Positions 12,522-24,952 of a stretch of 64,000 bases of DNA are shown one piece after another. Both the position numbers and the translations under genes were made by a program. Where the stretch lies: positions 407,067 through 471,066 of the forward strand of contig MNCI01000310.1 of NCBI GenBank assembly GCA_015680685.1. Reading direction: 5' to 3'. The stretch's first letter is position 1. The number at the start of each line of letters is the position of its first letter. The notes under the pieces were generated by a model that saw only the letters and a program-made list of their open reading frames with translations, did not search any database and was not told where the DNA came from. Source of the stretch: Gnetum montanum (taxonomy: Eukaryota > Plantae > Gnetophyta).

Positions 12522-12741
12522 GAGGGTGGGGGAACTATGCAATGTCAACAAGGCCTACGTAGGGCTTACATTGCCCCCAAATGTGCTTGTGCAGCTATCC
12601 AAAGGGGCCTACGTAACTCCCATAATGGCTACGAGGTTTGTTGGATCAAAAATAGGGTTTATGTGGCCTCAAATAGGGCTTGTGCACACTACTCAGGGCT
12701 AACGCGACCCAAGAGTAGCTTGTGCATGCTAACATGACCCA

Positions 12742-14477
12742 AGAGCACGATCAATCCGGATATAGAATGGTGGAGGCACTATTTTGATTCAAACTTATCG
12801 ACGTAAACAAAAACGTTGTTGGTGGATTTGAGGATGCTACTACCATCGGAGGCCTAGTTGAAGTCATGCAGAATGGTCCCTCCTTTCATCCATGGTGCTA
12901 AGTATGGTGGCAAGTATCTATTCGTACCCAATCCTAGCTCATCCCCTACCATTTAAAACATCCATAGCAACAACAATTTTTCTATCGTCTAAGTAATAGC
13001 ATCAAAATTCAAATCAAATAATCTGTAAAATGATACGTGAAAGTGAAATATTTAAAACAAAGTATTATTATTCAAGAAGAAAAGGAATTCATGGGATAGT
13101 TATTTAAGAAAACACATGTCAACATAGGCATAGTTTTCTCCTAACTTATTGGGCAAGTTGTAACTTCTTTACTTGGGGAGTAAGTTACCTAAGATATTTT
13201 GTAATTTCTAACTACCTATGAGAGCCTATAAAAAGGCTTCAAGGCCTTAGAAGAAAAAAAAAGGATCTAGTCTAGCTAAAAAAAAGAAGTCTTAAGAGAG
13301 AAGGAGGCCTTGGGAGAAAGGAAGGAGTCTCTTAGAGGAGCATTTTGTAAAGAATTGATAGAAGAAATATATTGAAGATGGCTTGCTAAAGACAACATTT
13401 CAGCCTCTTTGTTATAGTCTTGTGAATTATGTTTATTTTTTATTTTGTTTAAATTATTTAGCTAGTGGTTTAGATAGTATCATGCTTGGAAAATAATTTT
13501 TGGATTTTTAGATTGCTCTTATTGTTCTTGTTGCATGATAGAAAATTTCTATTAAAATTTTTCCATAGAAGAGCTTATGTTTGAAAGCCTTAAGAGCATT
13601 TTAGTAGTGAATTTTATTATTGTGAAATGTATAAGAACCGCTATTGAGATTGTTGTAAGAGAGCCTCTGCATGTAGTCAAGTTGCTGAATAATTCAATAG
13701 TCAAGAGGGTTCAGAAAATCTTTGGTATTTTGATAGGACCAGAATAGCTTCTTTTATCTTTAAAGTGAATCTCCGTGGTATTTCAATCATAAATTGTCAA
13801 TTCTTTTGAAGTTTTTGTTGAATGCAATTTTTGACATCCATTATCTAGCCAAAATAGAGTCTGGTACATGATAGTTTACACAGAAAACTCTTTTTGGTAG
13901 CATAGTAGGATTGTCTTGAAGAAATTGCTTATTTGAGCCTTGGAAGTTTGAACAATTCATAGTTATTGAATTTTTGATAACTTTATTGCAAAGTGTTTAC
14001 TCATATCATTTTACCTTGTTTAAACATTTAAGATCTTTACATAAATATGCTTTCTTTTTCTCTTCTTTCTATTTCCATTGAATCTCGCTCTATTTCTAGT
14101 TTTCTTGTAGAACTATCTCTTTCTTTAGGGAAAATTAGAAGTAGATTCACAAAGTTGTGCTCAAATGTTTTTTTAAAACTTTATTTGTTACAAGTAGGTA
14201 TTATAAGGACTGCATAGACTAGGAAATTGAACAAAATAGGAACTCTTAACAACTCACAGTACTTTGGAAAGTTGGTTGAATCTCTTTAAGATAAGTCATT
14301 TATAGTTTTACACAAAACTCAATCATTTCATTTTTCACAACAACATACACACATACTCATATTAACTACTGAGTCTATTTGGAGGTATCCGGGCCTTGGT
14401 GTTTCCAGAGACCAGCAAGCACCTAAATCCTGTTTGAGGACACTCATTGGCAATCACGTCCCAAACGGTCGCCAATA
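12742..14477 (+). repeat. 5' LTR of element C (first ~960 bp missing)
   Basis: Alignment to the 3' LTR starts abruptly at AGAGCACGATCAATC; ends GCCAATA before the PBS. Confidence 0.88.
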
Positions 14478-14484
14478 GTTCTTT

Positions 14485-14501
14485 TGGTGCTAGAAGGAGG
14501 G
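14485..14501 (+). other. Primer binding site (tRNA-Arg type, Tat clade)
   Basis: TGGTGCTAGAAGGAGGG, 7 nt after the LTR end; canonical Tat/Retand form is TGGCGCTAGAAGGAGGG. Confidence 0.85.
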
Positions 14502-14602
14502 CTGAAAATTTAGCCTCTAAGTTCATAAGCCTTATAGTTTTAGCACATCAACAATTCTTTGTTACTATAAAGGCTTAAGAAATTAAATACTATTTTCAGT
14601 TC

Positions 14603-16286
14603 ATGACCAAGAAGATTGATAGTTTGGAAAATTTTAAAGTTTCAAAAGATATTCTTGATTTTAAGACTGATTCTTCATTAGAAGAAGAACAAAAGAAAGT
14701 TTTTGAATTGGGAACAAGTAGTGGAGTGAAAACTAGAAGATCAAGAAGATCACCCATTATATCTGGTTTATTAATTTATAAGAGAAGATCTAGAAAGTCT
14801 AAGAGTTCAACTATCCAAAGGAATAGGATGGAAAATCCTTGGCAAAGAGTTACACTATTAGGATTTCAAAATTANTAGTGAAGCTATACAGTTAGAAAAA
14901 TAATTGAACTTGAATCCTGAAGAAAATATTACAATTCAAAAAAGAGAAAAAATATTTATGATTCCTATGTAAGATTTTGCTCAATTTAAAGCTTTACCAG
15001 GTCCATATCATGTTAAGATAGAGCAGAAAAATGAAAGAGTAGAATCTAAAAAAGGACAATTAATGAGAGATATGTCTAACAATATAGTGAAGCTTGAAAA
15101 AGCCTTGGCAAGAGTTAATATCAAGAAAGAAAGGGAAAAAAGAAAGCATAAAAATCAAGACACTAAGTTTGCAAAAGATGAGGATGAAAGTGACCTAATT
15201 GTGTCCAAATTTCTTGATATTGAATCTGATAATGAGTTATCTAGTGTTCATTATGCAAGTAAATCTTCTAGCAATGGATCTAGCGATACTTCTTCTCTAT
15301 CAAGTTCTGAAGAAGATATGTCTTAAGATGAAGAATGTAATAATAATGAGGAAAATGGATATAGTCTCCAATAAAAAGAAAGATTAACAACTTCTAGACC
15401 CCCAAATGTTATTACTAATCCATCTACCAAGAGAAAATATTTTGAGCCAAATAGAAGAGATAAGAATAAAGGTAAAGACAATCAAGTAGAGAAAAGCATT
15501 CCAAATCAGTCTTTTAATAAATGGATAAAGAAACCAAGCTTTATTGGTAATGGAGAGTATGATTTGATTGAAAACCTTAAACATGTCAAGGCCAATATTA
15601 GCTTTTATCAGTTGCTTCAAATAGGAGATTAGCAAAGAAAGGCTTTGAAGTTCATTAAAGGTAAAAGGAGAGTTAGAGAATCAGAGTTAAGTTATGTGTC
15701 TAATAATGATGAGAAATTAAAGACCTCGTATGATAGTATTGCTGATAAGGAAGCTTCTCCTTTCTTTTTGACAATGAAATTAAAGGATAAATACTTACAC
15801 AATTGTTTGGTTGATTTTGGACCTACTTCTACTACAATGCCATTGTCTATATGTAAGAAACTTGGTTTGATTCCTGAAAAATCAAATAAAAAGATTATTC
15901 AAGTGGATAAAAGTAGAGTGAAGATTGTGGGTCAATTACAAAATGTTTTGTTGGAAATTACTTTTGAACCCCACGTCAAAAGTAGAGTAACTATTCAAGT
16001 GGCAGATATACCAGATTCGCATAGTCTCTTATTAATTAAAAGTTGGAGCAAGAATTTCTTAGGTTACATATCAACAGATTATTCTCACATGTGGCTACCT
16101 TGGAAAGAATAACCAAATCAAATATACATCTATAGTGAACCTTTGATGATTGATAACATTACTTCAAATGGAAAAAGTAAAATGGTTGAAAAAGGAGGTG
16201 TTGAAAACAAAATTTGTACACTCCAAGAAAATTATAGTTCTGAAAAAGAACACTCAAAGAATGAGGATAAATGGGAGTTATACTTT
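14603..16286 (+). pseudogene. Element C gag remnant, aspartic protease, and probable start of additional (archaeal-type) RNase H
   Basis: PFFLTMKLKDKYLHNCLVDFGPTSTTMP (protease DxG motif); LLLIKSWSKNFLGYISTDYSHMWLPWK; KWELYF directly before the gap. The capsid region looks shortened. Confidence 0.8.
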
Positions 16287-17255
16287 NNNNNNNNNNNNNN
16301 NNNNNNNNNNNNNNNNNNNNNNNNNNNNNNNNNNNNNNNNNNNNNNNNNNNNNNNNNNNNNNNNNNNNNNNNNNNNNNNNNNNNNNNNNNNNNNNNNNNN
16401 NNNNNNNNNNNNNNNNNNNNNNNNNNNNNNNNNNNNNNNNNNNNNNNNNNNNNNNNNNNNNNNNNNNNNNNNNNNNNNNNNNNNNNNNNNNNNNNNNNNN
16501 NNNNNNNNNNNNNNNNNNNNNNNNNNNNNNNNNNNNNNNNNNNNNNNNNNNNNNNNNNNNNNNNNNNNNNNNNNNNNNNNNNNNNNNNNNNNNNNNNNNN
16601 NNNNNNNNNNNNNNNNNNNNNNNNNNNNNNNNNNNNNNNNNNNNNNNNNNNNNNNNNNNNNNNNNNNNNNNNNNNNNNNNNNNNNNNNNNNNNNNNNNNN
16701 NNNNNNNNNNNNNNNNNNNNNNNNNNNNNNNNNNNNNNNNNNNNNNNNNNNNNNNNNNNNNNNNNNNNNNNNNNNNNNNNNNNNNNNNNNNNNNNNNNNN
16801 NNNNNNNNNNNNNNNNNNNNNNNNNNNNNNNNNNNNNNNNNNNNNNNNNNNNNNNNNNNNNNNNNNNNNNNNNNNNNNNNNNNNNNNNNNNNNNNNNNNN
16901 NNNNNNNNNNNNNNNNNNNNNNNNNNNNNNNNNNNNNNNNNNNNNNNNNNNNNNNNNNNNNNNNNNNNNNNNNNNNNNNNNNNNNNNNNNNNNNNNNNNN
17001 NNNNNNNNNNNNNNNNNNNNNNNNNNNNNNNNNNNNNNNNNNNNNNNNNNNNNNNNNNNNNNNNNNNNNNNNNNNNNNNNNNNNNNNNNNNNNNNNNNNN
17101 NNNNNNNNNNNNNNNNNNNNNNNNNNNNNNNNNNNNNNNNNNNNNNNNNNNNNNNNNNNNNNNNNNNNNNNNNNNNNNNNNNNNNNNNNNNNNNNNNNNN
17201 NNNNNNNNNNNNNNNNNNNNNNNNNNNNNNNNNNNNNNNNNNNNNNNNNNNNNNA
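16287..17255. other. Assembly gap (969 N)
   Basis: Run of N within element C pol. Confidence 1.
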
Positions 17256-19780
17256 GAAAAAAAGGAAATTTAATCCATCATTTGAACCAGCTATGGAAGC
17301 CAAAATCAAGAAGTTGTTACAAGCATGAATCATATATCCAGTAGGATATTCAACATGGCTTGCTAACCTTGTTCCAGTGAGAAACAAAAATGGTGATATA
17401 AGGCTTTGTGTAGACTTTAGAAATCTGAATGATGCCTCAAAAAAGGATAAGTATCCACTTCCAAGAATTGATGAGATGCTGATTAAAGTCTCAGGTTATC
17501 AAGTATATTCTCTCTTAGATGGTTTCTTAGGTTATAATCAAATCATGGTAGATAAGAATTATAGATACAAAATAGCATTTATCACCAAATGGGAAACTTT
17601 TGCTTACCAAAGAATGCCATTTGGATTGTCAAATGTTAGAGCTACTTTCCAAAGAGCAATGGATTTAGCATTTAAGGATTTATTAGGAAAATTCGTGGTG
17701 GTTTATTTGGATGATATTACAATATTCTCAAGAAAAAAAGAAGATCATATTAATCATCTCCAGTAAGTTTTCGAAAAATGTCATGAGTTTGGTATTTCAT
17801 TAAATCCTAAGAAGTGTATCTTTGGGGTTAAATCTGGAAGCTTATTAGGCCATGTGATATGTCAAGGAATTGTCATAGATAATTCCTAAATCCAAGCAGT
17901 ATAGAATATTGAGCATCCCACAAGTAAGAAATCTCTTCGATCTTTCCTTGGGAAGATAAACTTTGTGAAAACGTTCATCCCTGGGTTTACTGAAATTACC
18001 AAGCCTTTGATGCATATGTTAAAAAAGGATATCCAAGTAGAGAAAACACCAGAATCAAAGAGAGCTTTATCAGAAATTAAAAATGCTATACAAGAGGCTC
18101 CATATTTGGTTAAGCCTAGGCTTAAAACAGATTTTTGGTTATATTCTTTTGCTTCGAATGATTCTATCGTTTCTGTTTTAACACAAAAGGATGATCAAGG
18201 TCAAGATGAACCAATTGGATTTTTTTCTGTATCAGTTGAAAGGTTCAGAATTAAATTATTCAGACTTAGAGAAATAAGCATTTACAGTTATCAAAGTACT
18301 TTAGCATTTTAAATATTATTTGGAAAGTTCATTAGTCCACATTATGCTAATTGAACTTGTAGTCAAGCGATTCCTAATCAAAATGAGATTGGATTAAAAA
18401 AAGGAAAATGACTTATAAAGTTGCAAAGTTTCAGATTTTCATTGGAAATATGCAAAAAAATTAAGAGAATGGGATTAGCCAAGTTAATGACTAGAGAAAG
18501 TAAAGTATGTACACTTGACACCCATAAAGAGAATTGGTATGATGAAATTCTCAAATTTCTTAATACAAGGAAAATCCCAAATAATTTAACTACAAGTCAA
18601 AAGAGAGCTTTCTTCAAGAGAACACGAAGATTCATTGTTAAAGATGGTATATTATATAGAAAATATTTTCGAGGGGTTTTATTGGAATGTGTTCATAATG
18701 ATCAAATTAGTTTCATTTTGGAACAATTTCATAATCATTTGAATTTATTTTATGAATCCCCTAAGTCGACTATGCAACATATACTTCGATATGGATATTA
18801 CTGGCCTTCCATGTATCAAAACATTAGTTCAAAGATTCAAAAAAGCTATAAATGTCAAATTCATGGGTCCAAGATTTAAAAGGCTAGAGCCCCTTTAAAG
18901 CCAGTAGTTTCAGATAGACCATTTTAGCAATGGGGTTTGGATTTTATTGGTACAATTACTCCTTCAAGAGCTAGATACAAGTTTATTCTCATGGCTATTG
19001 ATTATTTCACTAAATGGTCTAAAGCAAAGGCTCTAAGAGGAAGTTTAGCATCAGATGTAATTAAGTTTCTAGAAGACCAAATTCTAAGTAGATTTGGTCT
19101 ACCCAAAGTGTTAATGTCAAACAATGGATCCACCTTCAAATCTGAAGAGTTTATCAAATGGGCATCAGAAAAATCTATTTTCTTATTTTCCTCAACAAAC
19201 TATTATCCTCAAGAAAATGGCCTAGCAGAATCCACCAATAAAACACTTATCACTTATATCAAGAAATCGATGGATGAGAATCCAGAAAATTGGATCAATT
19301 ATCTACAATCTGCGTTATGGTCAGATCGAATTAGATTCAAGAGAGCTATTGGGACATCATCATATAACTTAGTTTATGGTTTTCCAGCAAGAATTACAAG
19401 TAAGATTGTAAGCTCAGCTTCTGAATTTGTACAAAGATAAAGTGAAAAAACTGATAAAGATAGAAGTTTTATGACTTTGCTTGTTAAAAGAGAAGTTGAA
19501 GTAGATAAAGCAAGAGATAATTTGTTATAGAATACCTCTCAAGTTAAAAGATGGTTTGATAGGAAAGCTCTGAAAAGAACTTTCAAGATAGGGGACCTTG
19601 TCCTATTATGGAATATGAAGAAACTAAATAAGTTTACACCGACGTGGATTGGTCCATTTCAAATTACAAAGCAATTGTCAAAAGATACTTACAAATTATC
19701 AACTTTGGATGACATGGAATTGCAATTTACATATAATGTTTTGCATATAAAACATTATTTTGGACAACTACATATAGCTT
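17256..19780 (+). pseudogene. Element C pol: RT, RNase H, integrase (disrupted)
   Basis: RLCVDFRNLN, LDGFLGYNQI, MPFGLSN, YLDD (17377-17766); YSFASNDSIVSVLTQ; RYGYYWPSM; DFIGTI...AIDYFTKW...YYPQENGLAESTNK; GDLVLLWN...WIGPFQI. Stops and frameshifts present. Confidence 0.95.
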
Positions 19781-20216
19781 GAAGATATCTTTACACAAAG
19801 TAATATATGTATATACTATTAGATATAATATTACTAAGAGTATAGTATTAATTATTATGTTTAATTATGCTATTCTATTTGTATATAGTTAGATAAGTAG
19901 ATAGTATATTATTATAATAAATATATTTATGATAAATTTATTTAAATTAGAAAATAGTTTAATAATTTAATTCCTACAAGTGTGACAAGTGGAAGAGGTG
20001 ATTAATCAACCACTTAGTGGGAAGTTGTTTCAATTAATTGAAGATTTTGACAAGTGGTCAGAATGTGCAAAAAGAAGGAAAATTTGTTGAAGATTCCTGG
20101 AGGGAATTTTAAATTTCTAGCTACTATAGAAAGAGGATTGGGTTGCCTAGGATTTCCTCATTTTCCAATTCAAGTTGAGTAGAGAAAGTGAGAAGAGAGC
20201 TAATTTGAAAAAGAAG

Positions 20217-20606
20217 ATGGATTTTGAGAGAATAATGAGGAACCCTTTCATTCCTTATGTGATGGGATGTTGCCCAAAACATGTGTTGAAGGCTTACTTG
20301 AAAGCTAGAGCACATGGAGCACCTAAAAAATGTTCTTTCATAGCTTAGTTGGCTGATGAATTCTCATTCCTCATAGGAGGTTTAGAAATAGAATCAAATG
20401 TTTGGGGACAGTATCAAAATTGCACCCAAAAAGAGGAAAGGGAGAAAGAACCAATTAATGAATATTCATGGGCAGAAGCCTTTGTGTCCCAAGAAGAAGA
20501 AGAAGGACCCAATTGGGAAGAAAATAAGAATTCATTTGAGAAAGAAGATAGAGGATTGCTAAAGAAAAAGCTCAAGAAGATCAAGTTGAAAGCTCCAACA
20601 AGCTAA
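20217..20606 (+). pseudogene. Small sense extra ORF of element C, unknown function
   Basis: MDFERIMRNPFIPYVMGCCPKHVLKAYLKARAHG...* is in frame with ORF 20349-20606 (one TAG at 20346). Acidic then basic C-terminus. Confidence 0.45.
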
Positions 20607-20926
20607 AAAATAATAGAATAGCATTCATCACTTCAGAGATTTCTTATGAGAATGTTAGAGATATGAGGATTCCTACCCAAGTAACCCTCACCATTCTCTT
20701 CCCATCTCAAGAATAGTCCATAAATAAAAGACTTGATAGTGTACAGTTTGTTTGTTTTTTTTAGGAATGAGGTTTTTATACCACCAAACCTTATGTTTGA
20801 TGGAAATTTTCCTCCAAAAAGATTTATCTTTTCAGCTGTAAAAAGTTCAATAAAAGCTTCAAGTACAGTTTAGTTTTAAAATGAGGCTTGCATAAATTTC
20901 TTTAAGCCTTTTAAAGGGGTTAGAAA

Positions 20927-23651
20927 TGTTGGCACATTTTGGCCATTTCATGGAATAGGTTGACATGATAAAATTGATTAAAGGTTTTTGCAGTTTTTAA
21001 TACTCTCTTATTGTTAGTTGGAGAAGTGGCAAGAATTCCACAAACCATTAACTATGTTTTATCACTAAATTCCTAAGGGAGCTTTTAAAAATCCATTGCA
21101 AAGCAATTTTAGATGTTGAAAGATTGGAGGAAAGGCTACTATACTTTGTTAGAATAAACAAAATTTCAGCTTGTGGGTAAAGAGAAATAGCATCTAAATT
21201 TAAAGAAGAAAGAAATGAATAATCAAAGTAACTAGAATTGATGGTAAATTGGTCATTGGAGATTACAGTATTCTTCATGAAGCAATTTTTTCATGTGCCC
21301 TGTATATGAAGTGCAGAACAAAAAGAAGAAAAGAGAAAAAGAATAAGAGTTAAAATGCAGTTAGCAGTATATACAAGAATTGAGAATTGGACACCAAAGT
21401 AATTTCTATTGATTTTTGTAAAAAAAAAAATAGCAAAAGTAGAGACACTGGTAAAAAGCAATTTTTCAAACACTTTGTATATACTCTGCATTTTAATCAG
21501 CAATAAAAACTACAAAAACAAGAATAGGTTATGAGCAATGGTTTTAGAAGAAAAACAGCAAGACAAGCATCAACAATATATCAAATCTTGTCAATATTAG
21601 CACCCAAATCATATAACAGCTATCCCTGATTCACAAATTGAATAAAAATGATTTTAGAAAGAAAAACATAGTAGGGTTTCTGCCTCATATTTGACAGAGC
21701 ACCAAGGGACGACAAAGAGATAAACTCCAAGAAAAGAAGCAATGCATGATCGTAGCTGGTAGTAACAGCAAACATGGCAAGCGAGGGCCTCATGCTGAGA
21801 CTCAAGTGGTGGCAGTTCAATGAACGCATGGCACAGATGGAGGTCTCACCACACACATCAGCAAGGTTTCTATAGAAATCGTTGGTCCAGAGCATGATCA
21901 ATCTAGATATAGAATGGTGGAGGCGCTGTTTTGATTCAAACGTATCAGCGTAAATGAAAACATTGTTGGTGGAGTTGAGGATGCTACTACCATCGAAGGC
22001 CTAGTTGAAGTCATGCAGAATGGTCCTTCCTTTCATCCATGGTGCTAAGTACCGTGGCGAGTATCTGTTCATGCCCAATGCTAGCTCATCCCCTGTCATT
22101 TAAAACATCCATAGCAACAACAATTTTTCTATCGTCCAAGTAATAGCTTCAAAATTCAAATCAAATAATTTGTAAAATGATACATGAAAGTAACATATTT
22201 AAAACAAAGTATTATTATTCAAGAAGAAAAGGAATTCATGGGATAGTTATTTAAGAAAACACATGTCAATGTAGGCATAGTTTTCTCCTAACTTGTTGGG
22301 CAAGTTGTAACTTCTTTACTTGGGGAGTAAGTTACCCAAGATATTTTGTAATTTCTAACTACCTATGAGAGCCTATAAAAAGGCTTCAAGGCCTTAGAAG
22401 AAAAAAAAAGGATCTAGTCTAGCTAAAAAAATGAAGTCTTAAGAGAGAAGGAGGCCTTGGGAGAAAGGAAGGAGTCTCTTAGAGGAGCATTTTGTAAAGA
22501 ATTGATAGAAGAAATATATTGAAGATGGCTTGCTAAAGACAACATTTTAGCCTCTTTGTTATAGTCTTGTGAGTTATGTTTATTTTTTATTTTGTTTAAA
22601 TTATTTAGCTAGTGGTTTAGATAAGATCATGCTTGGAAAATAATTTTTGGATTTTTAGATTGCTCTTATTGTTCTTGTTGCATGATAGAAAATTTCTATT
22701 AAAATTTTGCCATAGAAGAGCTTATGTTTGAAAGCCTTAAGAGCATTTTAGTAGTGAATTTTATTATTATGCAATGTATAAGAACCGCTATTGAGATTGT
22801 TGTAAGAGAGCCTCTGAATGTAGTCAAGTCATTGAACAATTCAATAGTCAAGAGGGTTCAGAAAATATTTGGTATTTTGATAGGACCAGAATAGCTTCTT
22901 TTATCTTTAAAGTGAATCTTCGTGGTATTTCAATCATAAATTGTCAAGTCTTTTGAAGGTTTTTTGGAATGCCGTTGTTGACATCCATTATCTAGCCAAA
23001 ATAGATTCTGGTACATGATAGTTTACATAGCAATTTTGTTTTTTGTTTTTTGTTTTTTTGTTTTTTTTTTGTAGCATAGTAGGATTGTCTTGAAGAAATT
23101 GCTTATTTGAGCCTTGGAAGTTTGAAAAATTCATAGTTATTGAATTTGGGATAGCTTTATTGAGAAGCGTTTACTTGTATCATTTGACCTTGTTTAAAAA
23201 TTTGAGATCTTTACACAAATCTGTTTTCTTTTTCTCTTCTTTCTATTTCCATTGAATCTCGCTCTATTTCTAATTTTTTTGTGGAACTAACTCTTTCTCT
23301 GGGGAAAATTAGAAGTAGATTCACAAAGTTGTGCTCAAATGTTTTTGCAAAACTTTATTTGTTATGAGTAGGTATTATAAGGACTGCATAGATTAGGCAA
23401 TTGAACAAAATAGGAACTCTCAACAACTCATAGTACCTTGCAAAGTTGGCTGAATCTCTTTAAGATAAGTCATTTATAGTTTTAAACACAACCCAATCGT
23501 TTCATTTTTCACAACAGCACACACACATACTCACATTAACTATTGATTCTATTTCGAGGTATCTGGGCCTTGGTGTTGCCAAAGACCATCAAGCATCTAA
23601 ATCCTGTTTGAGGATACTCGTGGGCGATCGTGTCCCAAACAATCGCCAATA
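20927..23651 (+). repeat. 3' LTR of element C (~2.7 kb)
   Basis: Starts TGTTGGC after purine-rich AAAGGGGTTAGAAA; ends GCCAATA (inverted repeat with a C>T change). The start is inferred because the 5' LTR lacks this part. Confidence 0.75.
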
Positions 23652-24319
23652 GGCACTAAAATGGATCATTATTAGTAATATTGTCAGTGTTTGTGAGTTT
23701 CAGGATGGGTTTTTATGTATAGCACTGTTGGTGCCCAGGATGGGCCATTATGAATGATACTATTGGTGCTCATTGTGTCCACAATGGGCCATTATGAATG
23801 ATGCTATTGGTGCCCATGGTATCCATGATGGACCTTTATGATTAGTGGTGTTAGCATTTGTTGGTGGCATGTGGCATTGATAGAGGTAGTGTAGGGCAAG
23901 GCAGAGGTAGGGTGTAGCAAACGTAGGCAGTAGAAGGGTTTTGACATGGTAGGAACTAGGAGGGTAGTGCAGTAGGAGCCACATAACATAGTGCAGGGGT
24001 GCAGTGGTAGCATAGGTTTTTGCAGGCGATGGAGGATAGACGGTGGCAAGGGATGGGCATTGTTTATGGTGAATGGTAGGCATGGTGGGGAAATGACATG
24101 GGTTGTAGTGGTCCTAAACTAAGGGTGCATTGCCCTTAAAGGGTAAGTGTAGCCCTTGTAGGACTTGTGTAGCCTTTAGGGCTTATATAGCTCTTGCTAG
24201 GCCTATGTAGCTTGTGTAGGACCTACGTGGCTTGTAGGATTTGCCTAGCTCCTATTGAGCCTACGTGGCCCTTTGCAGGCCATTGTGGCCTACAATGTTT
24301 TTTGAAAAGAAGGGGGGTT

Positions 24320-24331
24320 GGGATTTGAACC
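24320..24331 (-). promoter_or_regulatory. tRNA-type B-box motif inside element B
   Basis: Minus strand GTGGGTTCAAATCCCA (GGTTCRANNCC consensus with T-arm pairing). No convincing A box. Confidence 0.5.
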
Positions 24332-24938
24332 CACGATGTCTTGCTTAATTTTTTTCTTGAATAATAATAATTTAATATTATTTTAATGCACACATAATAA
24401 GATAATTAAAATAGTAATATCTCTTAAATAATAAGTCCAATGAAAATGAAATTTGTACTGTTGGAATCATCTAGATGGGCACTATGCATTGGACATAGTC
24501 TTAGGGTTCAAAAACTAAGTTGTATTTTCAAAATTTTTAAAGGTCCAATTGGATTATTCTACCAAAAAAAACTTACCAAGTTGATATATGGAAGACAAGA
24601 CAAGTTATAAATGACTCTAAGTTGCTTAGGATATTGAATTTTGAAAAAAAAAAGGATCACTTCAAGTGATGGTTAATAACATTTTTTGGAAGAAACTTAA
24701 CAATGACCTTAGTTAATTAAAATTTAAAGTCTTAAGATGGGTAAGAGTTACTTGGACCGATGTATTCTTATCTTACCAACATCTTTTTCAATTAATGAAT
24801 TTTGATGAGCTGTAATCATATCTTTGTTAGTTAATGATATGGATGAAAGAATTTTGTTGGTTGATGATTCAAGATTCTTCCTAGTTCATGGCTTTGTGAT
24901 TCATCATTAGGTTGTACTCAGCCCTTGGGTTGTGGTTT

Positions 24939-24950
24939 GCTTCAATACCA
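24939..24950 (-). other. Primer binding site of element B (degenerate tRNA-iMet type)
   Basis: TGGTATTGAAGC, 2 nt from the LTR; 9/12 match to TGGTATCAGAGC. Confidence 0.65.
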
Positions 24951-24952
24951 AT

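Larger units (their letters stand above)
12742..23651 (+). mobile_element. Element C: TatII-like Ty3/gypsy LTR retrotransposon with 5'-truncated 5' LTR
   Basis: 12742-14477 matches 21889-23651. PBS TGGTGCTAGAAGGAGGG. Domain order PR-(WELYF..gap)-RT-RH-INT. No TSD is recoverable. Confidence 0.88.

Noticed and set aside
12030-17387. Long ORFs full of X in the ORF track
   Set aside because: Artefacts of translating the N gaps at 12101-12521 and 16287-17255.
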